Shown piece after piece: positions 1 to 8,528 of a stretch of DNA of 24,000 nt; the first letter of the stretch is position 1; each line of letters begins with the position of its first letter. Origin of the DNA: Sulfolobales archaeon (lineage in GTDB: Archaea; Thermoproteota; Thermoprotei_A; Sulfolobales; AG1); NCBI GenBank assembly GCA_038881635.1, contig JAVZPJ010000001.1:286986-310985 (forward strand), written 5' to 3'. A model generated the notes under the pieces. That model made no database searches. It saw only the letters and a list, made by a program, of their open reading frames with translations, and had not been told where the DNA came from. The translations under genes and the position numbers were made by a program.

Positions 1-8
1 AGAATATA

Positions 9-521
9 GTGAGTGGCTTGAGAAAAAGAATACTAGAGGAGATCTCGGGTAGAATAGCAGAGATGCATAGTTTATGCTCTAAAGCTTACATAGAATTGGA
101 AGGAGATCTCTTTCAAATCGAGAGGTGGAGCGGTTTTGAAAGAATCTACATATTATCTAGAGAAGTTAATGAGATTCTCAGTAGTAAACTAGGGATCTAC
201 AGAGATCTTGTTAGGAGAGTCTCTTATTCAAACATCATCATAACCATCCTCGCACTAGTGATTCTGATTCTTTCTGTCTACCCTAGTGCTATCCTGATAT
301 TCCTATCATCAATATACTCTTTAATCCTTTTAACTCCTATATTATATTCTCAGAAGAATCCTCAGGCATCATATCTGATTCTAGGGCTACTCCTGTCTAC
401 AGGCTTCTATATACTCTATATAGCTGGTGCGGAGTATATAATCTTAGTTAGCTATGGTTTTCTAGTACTTTCAAGCATATATCTCTCTATAGTAGTGAGG
501 AATATGCTTAATAGAATCTAG
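9..521 (+). CDS. Hypothetical integral membrane protein: soluble N-terminus of about 75 aa followed by 3-4 hydrophobic helices
   Basis: 170-aa ORF with a GTG start. The frame stays open to the left window edge, so the true 5' end may lie upstream. The C-terminal 95 aa is I/L/S/Y-rich in helix-length hydrophobic runs. I recognise no family motif. Confidence 0.45.
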   Translation: MSGLRKRILEEISGRIAEMHSLCSKAYIELEGDLFQIERWSGFERIYILSREVNEILSSKLGIYRDLVRRVSYSNIIITILALVILILSVYPSAILIFLSSIYSLILLTPILYSQKNPQASYLILGLLLSTGFYILYIAGAEYIILVSYGFLVLSSIYLSIVVRNMLNRI

Positions 522-673
522 ATCTTAGATCTTGATAGTTATAAATCTGTATTATACGGGTATTTAAATACCTCATTATAAGTAGAGCTTCAATGCCATC
601 GAGGCGTGAATTTTCGACTGTTTTTCTTCAAATTAATTAGCTTCTCTAGATGAATAACTTGGAGGATGATATT

Positions 674-2530
674 ATGTCCACTCCCAAGGGTTGGGCTCGG
701 AAATTTCTCTATATAGATCTTGATAGGAGAGAGAGTAAGAGTATAGATCTCGATGGAGAAACTCTTATAAATTATGTTGGTGGCCGCGGCCTTGCAGCTA
801 AACTTCTATGGGATTTTAACCCTATTGGTGTGGATCCTTACGCTCCCGATAATCATTTGATCCTCTCGGTAGGACCTCTTACCGCAATGCCTCTACCGAG
901 TTCTGGTAAGATGGTTATTGCATCTAAGTCACCTCTTACGCATGGATATGGAGATGGTAATATTGGAACAAGAGCAGCTGTTGAGATGAGGAGACTAGGC
1001 TATGATGCAATAGTTATTAGAGGTAGATCTCAGAAACCTGTTGTCTTATACATATCATGTGGAGGTGTAGAATTCTCCGACGCAGAAGATCTATGGGGTC
1101 TTAATACAAGCGATACTGAGAAAAGACTTTCAGAGAAATTTGGAAAGAACGTGGGTATTCTATCCATAGGACCAGCTGGAGAGAATCTAGTTAGATTCGC
1201 AACAGTCATAAGTGAATTTGGAAGATCTGCTGGAAGACCTGGTATGGGTGCTGTAATGGGTTCTAAGAAGATCAAAGCGATAGTTTTAAAGGGATGTAGA
1301 GATCCTGAGGTTAGCGATAGAAAAGAACTTGTTAAGATCGGTATGGATGCTTATAATGCTGTAAAAACATCCTCAGGATATGGATTCTGGATGAGACAAG
1401 GTACCAACATGACCGTTGAATGGGCTCAGATGAATTCTGTTCTCCCAGCATATAACTTCAGAGAGGGAGTATTCGAATTCTACTCGGGGATCGATGGTTA
1501 CATGCTTGAAAGCATGAGAATCCATCAGAAAGGATGTCCCATGTGTAATATGCCTTGTGGTCATGTTGTGAAGTATGTGACAGATATAGCATCCGGAGAG
1601 GCTGAGCTTGATTATGAGAATGTAGCTATGCTAGGATCTAATCTAGGTATTTCACCTCTAAACAGAGTTTCAAGATTGAATTATCTGGCAGATACCTTGG
1701 GTATGGATACCATATCACTCGGATCCGTAATAGGTTTTGCTATGGAGGTCTCAGAGAAGAAATTAATTAAGGAGAAGATCGAGTGGGGAGATTATAAGAC
1801 TGCTGTAAAACTTGCTGAGGACATAGCTTTTAGAAGAGAATTAGGAGATATTCTAGCTGAAGGTGTTAAAAAAGCTTCCGAGATTATAGGAGGCGGATCT
1901 GGCGATTATGCTATGCATGTTAAAGGTCTCGAAATATCAGCCTATGATTGTCACGCTGCAGAGGGTATGGCTCTAGCTTATGGAACATCACCTATAGGAG
2001 CTCATCATAAGGATGCGTGGTTTATAACTCTAGATGTTAAAATGGGAAGACTCACATACTCGCCTGAGAAAGTTGAGAGGCTAGTATGGATGCAGAATAT
2101 AAGAGGAGGACTTTTTGAATCTATTACAACCTGTAGATTTCCATGGGTTGAGCTGGGAATAGATCTAGAGTTCTACCCAAGACTTTTGAAAGCATCAACA
2201 GGAATCGATTTTACATGGGATTCAATCCACGAGCTAGGAAATAGAATATACTCGCTTATAAGAAGCTTTTGGATCAGAGAGTATGTAGCGGAAGGTCGAG
2301 GATGGAGCTTTGAAATGGATATACCTCCTAAGAGATGGTTTAAAGAACCTCTTACAAAAGGACCTCTAGCGGGATCTAGACTAGATCTAGATAGATATAT
2401 AGAGCTTCTGAAGCATTACTACAGGTTGAGAGGTTGGAATAGTAATGGAATTCCTCTGAAAAACACTCTGGAAAAGTTGAAAATTGGTTTTGTAGCAGAT
2501 GATCTGAGGAAAATTGGAGTTGTGGTATAG
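674..2530 (+). CDS. aor: Aldehyde:ferredoxin oxidoreductase family enzyme (tungstopterin/4Fe-4S; AOR/FOR/WOR subfamily not resolvable)
   Basis: The translation shows AOR hallmarks. These are the cluster ligands C-P-M-C-N-M-P-C (CxxCxxxC) plus a distal Cys in TTCRFPW, the pterin-region motifs GMDTISLG and DYENVAMLGSNLG, and an N-terminal KFLYIDLD start typical of the family. The ATG at 674 is preceded by GGAGG at 661-665. The ORF-track ATG at 650 is the alternative start. Confidence 0.93.
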   Translation: MSTPKGWARKFLYIDLDRRESKSIDLDGETLINYVGGRGLAAKLLWDFNPIGVDPYAPDNHLILSVGPLTAMPLPSSGKMVIASKSPLTHGYGDGNIGTRAAVEMRRLGYDAIVIRGRSQKPVVLYISCGGVEFSDAEDLWGLNTSDTEKRLSEKFGKNVGILSIGPAGENLVRFATVISEFGRSAGRPGMGAVMGSKKIKAIVLKGCRDPEVSDRKELVKIGMDAYNAVKTSSGYGFWMRQGTNMTVEWAQMNSVLPAYNFREGVFEFYSGIDGYMLESMRIHQKGCPMCNMPCGHVVKYVTDIASGEAELDYENVAMLGSNLGISPLNRVSRLNYLADTLGMDTISLGSVIGFAMEVSEKKLIKEKIEWGDYKTAVKLAEDIAFRRELGDILAEGVKKASEIIGGGSGDYAMHVKGLEISAYDCHAAEGMALAYGTSPIGAHHKDAWFITLDVKMGRLTYSPEKVERLVWMQNIRGGLFESITTCRFPWVELGIDLEFYPRLLKASTGIDFTWDSIHELGNRIYSLIRSFWIREYVAEGRGWSFEMDIPPKRWFKEPLTKGPLAGSRLDLDRYIELLKHYYRLRGWNSNGIPLKNTLEKLKIGFVADDLRKIGVVV

Positions 2531-2560
2531 AAAGCTAGTATCAGGAGATCCTAATAGGAT

Positions 2561-3544
2561 TTATAAGGAAATATATTTCCTTATGCTCTCAGAAGGTATA
2601 ACCCCTATCTTGCCAGAAAGTATTGACACAAGATCCTCCACATCATATCTTTTCACAATTGTAAAAGCCCATGACATTGAATAAGAGTATGGGTAGGATA
2701 GGAATGCTGAATTAGCTCTATTTCTCAAACTTCTTCTAAGATAAGATCTTATGTTTATGATTGTGCTATACATGTCATGAGATATGAGTTGCGGAGGGTA
2801 TACTCTTCTTAGGATAGATAGAAGTCTGGTCTCATCAGAGGATAGAAGCTCCTCGATAACCTCTATTCCTAAACGACAGGAGTAGGAGGATATAACTCTA
2901 CTGATAAACCCGCTAAATCTCTCCTGAAGACCTCTTAATATTACTCTGCTCACTAGATTAAGTATAGAAAGCTCTATCTCCTGACACAACATTTCAGAGA
3001 TTTCCGGATAATCTGTTAAGAGTTCTGCGAGAAGTTCGAGTCCTGCGAGATCTGATGCCATCACTATGGCAGGTTCTTGTGGGATTATCTTTGATATATC
3101 TTTATAGTAGTATGATATTCTGCCAAAACCTCTTCTATCAAGATCCTCTAAAGCTTTAGAGAGACTTATCTCTTCTCTAAGATATTCTTCAAATACTTTC
3201 TGAAGATCTATGGGAGCTATCTCTATAGCTCTTCTAAGAGCATCGTAATCTCTTCTTGCGAGAATCTGTAGTAATGAAGATAGTATCTTTATAGAGATCA
3301 GATTCTCAGATGCGCTGAATATTCGATATAGATCATAACTATACCTACCAAGCCTATTAAATAGATCATGAAGATATGTATTTAGAGAGAGTTCAAATAA
3401 AAGTATGTTTCTAGGCTCTACGTTCTTCGCATACTGATAATAGCTCGTCTCTTTGAGAACTTCGAAGAATTCTTCGGGTGATTCTGTTTGGATAAGATCC
3501 TGAATCTCTCTATCTTTAAGACATGTAGAGTATAAGGTTCTCAA
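2561..3544 (-). CDS. atpC: A/V-type ATP synthase subunit C (eukaryotic subunit d homologue)
   Basis: 327-aa all-helical ORF with a TTG start. The N-terminus matches the subunit C/d signature as I remember it: Thermus FAYLNARVRVRRGTLLKE...LSETVYG versus (VLYILPK)LRTLYSTCLKD...LKETSYY here. The size fits the family (about 320-370 aa). The conserved segment in brackets lies upstream of the first canonical start (see findings). Confidence 0.7.
   Translation of the reverse strand: MRTLYSTCLKDREIQDLIQTESPEEFFEVLKETSYYQYAKNVEPRNILLFELSLNTYLHDLFNRLGRYSYDLYRIFSASENLISIKILSSLLQILARRDYDALRRAIEIAPIDLQKVFEEYLREEISLSKALEDLDRRGFGRISYYYKDISKIIPQEPAIVMASDLAGLELLAELLTDYPEISEMLCQEIELSILNLVSRVILRGLQERFSGFISRVISSYSCRLGIEVIEELLSSDETRLLSILRRVYPPQLISHDMYSTIINIRSYLRRSLRNRANSAFLSYPYSYSMSWAFTIVKRYDVEDLVSILSGKIGVIPSESIRKYISL
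2563..2584. terminator. Perfect 22-nt palindrome (ATAAGGAAATA/TATTTCCTTAT) between convergent genes; possible bidirectional hairpin
   Basis: Read directly: 2563-2573 is the exact reverse complement of 2574-2584. It lies 33 nt after the AOR stop and overlaps the last codons and stop of the minus-strand subunit-C gene. Any terminator function is inference only. Confidence 0.25.
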
Positions 3545-3595
3545 TTTTGGAAGAATATAGAGTACATCTGGAGATAGACTCAGTATATGACACCT

Positions 3596-3940
3596 CTATT
3601 CCCGCTTAAGACCATATATCTCTAGAAATCTATCTACAGCTCTTACCACTGCTATGCTACCTTTCTCTGAAAGTTTCTTCTCTATGATCTCGAGTTCTCT
3701 TGAGAGTTTCTCTTCATATTCTCTCTTTATCTTCTCTATCTCTTTTGATGCTCTCTCTCTAGCATCTCTAAGCATTATCTCAGCATCTTTTCTGAGTTCT
3801 TCTTCGAATCTTTTCAGAAGTTCTGAGATTTCTTTTTCAATATCTTCCTTATCTTTATCAGATCTCTCTATTTCTTCGCTTATCTTCTTCTCTATCTCTT
3901 CAACTACAGATAGTATTCTCTTAACGTATGATTCCCTCAC
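3596..3940 (-). CDS. E/K/R-rich coiled-coil protein, possibly an A-ATPase peripheral-stalk subunit H (V-ATPase G-like)
   Basis: 114-aa ORF with a GTG start, preceded by GGAG (3947-3950 on the minus strand) at 6-nt spacing. It is almost one continuous heptad-like charged helix. The size, the composition and the position directly upstream of atpC suggest subunit H. I see no diagnostic motif. Confidence 0.5.
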   Translation of the reverse strand: MRESYVKRILSVVEEIEKKISEEIERSDKDKEDIEKEISELLKRFEEELRKDAEIMLRDARERASKEIEKIKREYEEKLSRELEIIEKKLSEKGSIAVVRAVDRFLEIYGLKRE

Positions 3941-3958
3941 TTAAATCTCCTTATAAAA

Positions 3959-4771
3959 CTATCTCTCACCCTTTAAAATCTTTCTAGCACATACTATGTA
4001 TCCTGTATGTCCTATCATTCTGGTGGATGGTCTTACAGATTCTTTTTTAATCTCGTATCTTCTTTCGAGAATCTCATGTGCAGAGATATCAATCCATTTC
4101 TCTTCAGATAAGAGAGAATCGATAAGTTTGTTCAACTGATTTATTGTAGGTATGAAGAAAACCACCGGAGCACTCTCTCTAAGAGCTGTATACACGCTCT
4201 CTGTAACCCTCCAGGGATCTGGAAGATCTATTAGAGCTCCATCGAGATCTTTTTCATCAACTCCTTCTGCGATATCTCTGATCTTGATTTCTACATATGG
4301 ATCAAGACCTAGTTTTCTTAGATTCTCAATAGCTATCTGAGCTAGATCCTCTCTAATTTCATATCCATAGATCTTCCCATTGGGAGCAACAGATCTCGCT
4401 AGAAAAGCTGTTGCAACACCGGATCCCACACCTGCTTCGAGAAATCTTTTTCCTGGAGATACGTCAAGCTTTAAAAGAATCAATCCAAGGTCTTTGGGGT
4501 AAAGCACCTGGGTAGGTCTTTTAAAGATCTTATAGACTAGATCTTCTAAAGTAGGTTTTAGAATATATGCTCTAAATCCTACAGAGGTTTCTACAGCCGA
4601 ACCATAGATCCTTCCAATAATATTTCTATGATCTATGTAACCTCGATCGCTGCCAAATCTAGCCTGGCTAGAAGTTTTGAGAACATACTTTCTTCTCTGA
4701 TCTATGTAGAGAAGAATGAGATCACCTTCATTCACAAATTTCTCACTATCAGGATTCAGAACTGGTGTCAA
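3959..4771 (-). CDS. trmI: tRNA (adenine-N1)-methyltransferase TrmI (Gcd14/Trm61 family, m1A57/58)
   Basis: 270 aa with a TTG start; an in-frame TGA lies two codons upstream. Family pattern is visible: PTQVLYPKDLGLIL, the SAM motif LEAGVGSGVATAFLA, DLPDPW, and C-terminal RPSTRMIGHTGYIVCARK. Confidence 0.9.
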   Translation of the reverse strand: MTPVLNPDSEKFVNEGDLILLYIDQRRKYVLKTSSQARFGSDRGYIDHRNIIGRIYGSAVETSVGFRAYILKPTLEDLVYKIFKRPTQVLYPKDLGLILLKLDVSPGKRFLEAGVGSGVATAFLARSVAPNGKIYGYEIREDLAQIAIENLRKLGLDPYVEIKIRDIAEGVDEKDLDGALIDLPDPWRVTESVYTALRESAPVVFFIPTINQLNKLIDSLLSEEKWIDISAHEILERRYEIKKESVRPSTRMIGHTGYIVCARKILKGER

Positions 4772-4815
4772 TCTTCATCTCTCAGCAATACCAACCCTCA
4801 TCATCTATAAAAATA

Positions 4816-5139
4816 TTAGGAAGCTGCAGGTATGTAGATCTTGATTCTTCTATTTGCAGAGTACAGTCTTATAATATTCTCGCTCTCCATATATCTCAGA
4901 AGCTGTCTAGCTATGGAGTATGAAACTCCCATCTTCTCCTTAATAGTATAGGGTGTGATCACCTTGAGATCTTTAATTTCTTTCTTAGCTCTTTCAATGA
5001 TCTCTTCATTTAGAACACTTGCTCCCTTCCTTGATTCTTCCTTCTTAGAAGGTTTTTCCTTCTCCTTTTTAGCAGTCTCCATAGTTTTTTTCTGTCTCTT
5101 CTCCATAGCTGATATAGGTTTCTTACCTTTAGTTCCCAT
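4816..5139 (-). CDS. rps25e: 30S ribosomal protein S25e
   Basis: Lys-rich N-terminus followed by a winged-helix part, VITPYTIKEKMGVSYSIARQLLRYMESENIIRL...IKIY, which matches the S25e pattern. The ATG at 5139 has GGGAG 4 nt upstream (5144-5148 on the minus strand). The ORF-track start at 5202 would add 21 non-conserved residues. Confidence 0.85.
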   Translation of the reverse strand: MGTKGKKPISAMEKRQKKTMETAKKEKEKPSKKEESRKGASVLNEEIIERAKKEIKDLKVITPYTIKEKMGVSYSIARQLLRYMESENIIRLYSANRRIKIYIPAAS

Positions 5140-5205
5140 ACTACTCCCTATAATGACTTGTTTAGTGGAGGATAAAATAGCTTTGCATGAAACCATACTC
5201 ATGAG

Positions 5206-7164
5206 TTAGGATATCTCTATCAAACGAGATCTTCCAGGGATTTTACTTATAATATCTTTAGGCTCAATAGCTCTGATCATAGTCTCATAGTTCTTATACT
5301 TCTCAATCCATTTTCTAATAATCTTATCAGCGATCTCGTGAGGGTTCTCAGAGCCTGGTATTATTATGGCGTAGGCTAGAGCTCTATCTCTTATAATATC
5401 TGGAGGAGCTATAAAGACTCTAGGATATCCTTCTTTAACGATCTCAATACCTATACCTAGTTTAAGTTCTACACCTCTGATCCACTTTCTCTCACCATAG
5501 ATCATAAAAGATCCTTTTGCAAGATACTCTCCAGAAGGAGGTGATTTAGAAACCTGAGAACCTCTTACATAGTATACATCTATAGATCCATAGCCTAGAG
5601 TCCACGCCCTACTATAACAACCTGCTAGAAGAGCTACCTCAGTAATACTTTTTTCACTACCTTTATCGGGATTCTTCAATATAAATACAGAGCCTCCTTG
5701 TATATCGGCGTGAAAGAACAGATCTTGCTCCTCAAGATATTTTCTTACAATACTCTCATTCTGGTCAGCATCTCTACCTCCTATAGCGATTAAACCTTCA
5801 GAAGTTATATACCAGTGATATCTTTCATACCATTCGATCTTTTTCAAACTTCTGATACTCATGATATCTCTGGACATCTCAATCTCTTTTTTTCTCCTGC
5901 TCAGTTTTTCTTCTATGTTTTTCGTTTCATCATCGATTCTTTTAATACTCTTCTCTATCTGAGAAATCTTTTTTCTCAGATCTATGTAGAATTTCTTGAG
6001 ATCTTCTCTTGGATCAAATTCTAGAGATAGATCTCCTAGACTTAATATAATCTTCATGTTTCGAAATTCGATCTTCATGTTATCAAGATCTTGAGGACAT
6101 ACGCTGGGATTCTTAATATGAGTCTTATAGCATTCAAGTATTTTTTCTAAGTCCAAGTAATTCTTCTCTATAAAAGAAAGATATTCTCTATATGAATTAA
6201 GACTCTTCTCAAGATCTTCTCTAGAAGTCTTTAATCTTCCTAAGATCTCTCTAAGCTTTCTAATCTCAGAATCTTCTTGTACTTCTCTTAGAATACTCTT
6301 TGTATAGTACTCATCTAGAATACTATTAAAACTATCCCTGGGTTTACAATCTATATCTCTAGATATCGGGGTGATCGAGTAGAAGTCTATAGGATTATTA
6401 TTCTCGTCATAGACTACGCATGGTCTGGCATTCCTAAGAATTTCTTCTATAAATTTTTCAGCTCTAGCTATGATACCTTCTATCATGCTAAGATCTTGTT
6501 TCTTGGGATCAAGATCTCTACCTAGATTCTCTCTATAGAGAAACTCTTCAGAGATTTCTGGAGGTATTCCCAGGCCTATTACAAGACCTCTTATAATATC
6601 ATAGCCTTTCATAAAATTCTTCAAAAGCTTCTCTCTATCTTTCTCACATAAAATAACACTTCTTGCTGGAGGACTCTTATAGATCAGTCCAGGTCTCAGA
6701 ATTCTATCTCTGGTTTTCACAACCTTACTAACAGTTTTTATAACTCCGTTTAGGTCTCTAAGGATTATAACTCCTCTCGGTATAAGTTCTAGAGTTAGAA
6801 TATAACTATCTCTGCCGCATGAGATCTCTATATCTAAGATCCTTTCACAAGGTACTTGTCTGATATCTGATATTCTGCAATCTCTCACGAATCTCCTCAT
6901 AAGCTCTATGAATCCTTTCATGCTCTCCATATCTCTTCTTTCAAAGATCTCTCTAGTTGAGAGAAACACGTGAGAACCCGGCATAGCAACTAGGTATAGT
7001 CTCTCTCCAGAACTACTTCTAAGTCTTATAACTATATCTCCCTTGAATCCATATATGTTATCTATGTATGAGTTTCTAAGCTTTTCAGAGACTTCTCTAA
7101 CCCATATACTTAAATCAATCCAATTCATATTTTTAATTGACATACTCAATACAATCCTTACCAA
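5206..7164 (-). CDS. NFACT-family protein (FbpA/Rqc2/NEMF homologue; NFACT-N, coiled coil, NFACT-R/DUF814)
   Basis: 652 aa. It has the DUF814/NFACT-R signature GGRDADQNESIVRKYLEEQDLFFHADIQGGSVFILK, a central K/E-rich coiled coil, and an N-terminal domain starting WIDLSIWVREVSEKL. The start is uncertain: TTG at 7164, ATG at 7143 or ATG at 7128. Confidence 0.9.
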   Translation of the reverse strand: MVRIVLSMSIKNMNWIDLSIWVREVSEKLRNSYIDNIYGFKGDIVIRLRSSSGERLYLVAMPGSHVFLSTREIFERRDMESMKGFIELMRRFVRDCRISDIRQVPCERILDIEISCGRDSYILTLELIPRGVIILRDLNGVIKTVSKVVKTRDRILRPGLIYKSPPARSVILCEKDREKLLKNFMKGYDIIRGLVIGLGIPPEISEEFLYRENLGRDLDPKKQDLSMIEGIIARAEKFIEEILRNARPCVVYDENNNPIDFYSITPISRDIDCKPRDSFNSILDEYYTKSILREVQEDSEIRKLREILGRLKTSREDLEKSLNSYREYLSFIEKNYLDLEKILECYKTHIKNPSVCPQDLDNMKIEFRNMKIILSLGDLSLEFDPREDLKKFYIDLRKKISQIEKSIKRIDDETKNIEEKLSRRKKEIEMSRDIMSIRSLKKIEWYERYHWYITSEGLIAIGGRDADQNESIVRKYLEEQDLFFHADIQGGSVFILKNPDKGSEKSITEVALLAGCYSRAWTLGYGSIDVYYVRGSQVSKSPPSGEYLAKGSFMIYGERKWIRGVELKLGIGIEIVKEGYPRVFIAPPDIIRDRALAYAIIIPGSENPHEIADKIIRKWIEKYKNYETMIRAIEPKDIISKIPGRSRLIEIS

Positions 7165-7179
7165 GATAAAGGTGGTCTG

Positions 7180-7431
7180 ATGAGTAATATTAGTTATAAG
7201 CTGTATCTAATTAGAGTATCTATAGGCGTGATATTCGCATGGATCTACACTTTAGTAAGAAGTCTACTAGCTATAGGTCCAGACCCTATAGACTACATAG
7301 TGCTCTCCACATCACTCATGGTTTCAGGAGTGGTTGTAGGAGGATATATATCGAGACTTCTAGGATATCCTTTTAGAAAGTACGTCATAACTCAGATAGC
7401 GGTATATTACCTATCAACCGTAATATTATGA
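7180..7431 (+). CDS. Small hypothetical membrane protein (2-3 predicted TM helices)
   Basis: 83-aa ORF. The ATG is preceded by AAGGTGG at 7168-7174. Composition is hydrophobic, with no recognisable family. Confidence 0.45.
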   Translation: MSNISYKLYLIRVSIGVIFAWIYTLVRSLLAIGPDPIDYIVLSTSLMVSGVVVGGYISRLLGYPFRKYVITQIAVYYLSTVIL

Positions 7432-7472
7432 AAGTATGAAAGATCTCTGTTAAAAATATTTAGATAGATGAT

Positions 7473-8420
7473 CTAGAGTTCTTCAACGTATATAGGTACC
7501 TCGATCCTTAGAATCTTTCCTCTCCTCATGATCTCTAGCTCTACAGATCCTTTATCAATACTATCCTCAACAACTCTCCTCAGATCTATCGCGGTAGCGA
7601 TCTCTACATCATTTGCTTTCATGATTATATCTCCATCTCTAACACCTCTAGAATAAGCAGGAGCTCCTGGAATAGATCTTACTACTACAACTCCTTTCTT
7701 AACACCCACACCTAAGGCTTTCGCGATCTCTTGAGTTAGAGGAGCTACGTACACACCTATCCAAGCTCTCACAGGTCTTCCATACTTAGAGATCATATGT
7801 ATGAATCTCTTCACATGATTTATAGGTAGTGCAAAACCTATTCCTTGTGCGAAAGGTATTATAGCTGTAGCTACTCCTATAGCCTCGCCCTCTAAATTAA
7901 CTAGAGGTCCTCCACTGTTGCCAGGATTTATCGCAGCATCTGTCTGTATAAGATCCTCGAGCACTAAATCCGCTTCTCCGAATATCGTTCTTCCCACAGC
8001 ACTGATAACACCCATTGAGACTGAAGGTCCTGGAAGTCCTAGAGGAGAGCCTATGGCGAAAACTATCTCGCCAACTTTTATCTTATCTGAATCACCCATT
8101 CTAAGGATTTTTATATCATCTCTATCTATATGCACTAACGCTAGATCTCTTGATCTATCTCTTGCAATAACAGTACCCTCACCACTAGCTCCGTCAGAAT
8201 ATAATATCTTAACATTTCGAACATCTCCTACAACATGTGCGTTGGTTACAGCAAGTCTCTCGCCAACTATAAAACCTGAACCTACTCCTCTCATAGGCTG
8301 TCCAAAACCTATTATACTCCAGAGGTCTACTTTCTCTACAATTATCATTATAACAGATTCCTTAACTCTATCTATAACCTCTGAGATCTCTTTGTTTAAA
8401 TTCTCTAGAATACCGTTCAT
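7473..8420 (-). CDS. htrA: HtrA/DegP-like trypsin-fold serine protease with a C-terminal PDZ domain
   Basis: Catalytic triad contexts are TNAHVV (His), DLALVHI (Asp) and GNSGGPLVN (Ser). A PDZ-like C-terminal 90 aa follows. No N-terminal signal peptide or TM helix is visible. Confidence 0.92.
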   Translation of the reverse strand: MNGILENLNKEISEVIDRVKESVIMIIVEKVDLWSIIGFGQPMRGVGSGFIVGERLAVTNAHVVGDVRNVKILYSDGASGEGTVIARDRSRDLALVHIDRDDIKILRMGDSDKIKVGEIVFAIGSPLGLPGPSVSMGVISAVGRTIFGEADLVLEDLIQTDAAINPGNSGGPLVNLEGEAIGVATAIIPFAQGIGFALPINHVKRFIHMISKYGRPVRAWIGVYVAPLTQEIAKALGVGVKKGVVVVRSIPGAPAYSRGVRDGDIIMKANDVEIATAIDLRRVVEDSIDKGSVELEIMRRGKILRIEVPIYVEEL

Positions 8421-8490
8421 AAGAAGACCCTAGTTACAGGCTGTATAGAGGCTTAAAAACTAGATTCTCGAATAATGATCTTCTATGACA

Positions 8491-8498
8491 TTTTAAAA
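8491..8498 (+). promoter_or_regulatory. TATA-like box (TTTTAAAA) for the 8529 gene
   Basis: It is centred about 26 nt upstream of position 8521, which implies a leader of about 8 nt before the ATG at 8529. It lies inside the longer ORF-track version (start 8475), which argues against that start. Confidence 0.4.
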
Positions 8499-8528
8499 GA
8501 TTATACAATCTACTGGGGTGCTAAGCCT

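Noticed and set aside
3596-3598. The in-frame TAG between the coiled-coil ORF and atpC as a pyrrolysine or programmed read-through codon
   Set aside because: Pyl machinery is unknown in Crenarchaeota and none is present here. Same-frame adjacency has a 1-in-3 chance. It is kept only as a minor alternative within the atpC start-codon finding.
5140-5202. Longer S25e start (ATG at 5202)
   Set aside because: It adds 21 residues unlike any S25e N-terminus. The internal ATG at 5139 has a GGGAG site at proper spacing.
7918-8433. 171-aa plus-strand ORF overlapping htrA. The same kind of ORF occurs at 1030-1275, 1373-1564, 3654-3944, 4152-4340, 4628-4810, 4955-5209, 5815-6024, 12573-12776, 14922-15110, 15472-15738, 16684-16881, 17492-17821, 21081-21443, 22117-22338, 22383-22634, 22585-22839 and 22839-23099.
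   Set aside because: All lie antisense to or inside genes with strong family signatures. All translate to Ser/Leu/Phe/Ile-rich low-complexity strings, which is the expected mirror image of AGA/GAA/AAG/GAT-rich coding DNA. I find no independent start signals.
8475-8528. Longer start for the secreted protein (ATG at 8475)
   Set aside because: A TATA-like box (8491-8498) lies inside this extension, which would also bury the class III signal peptide 18 residues from the N-terminus.
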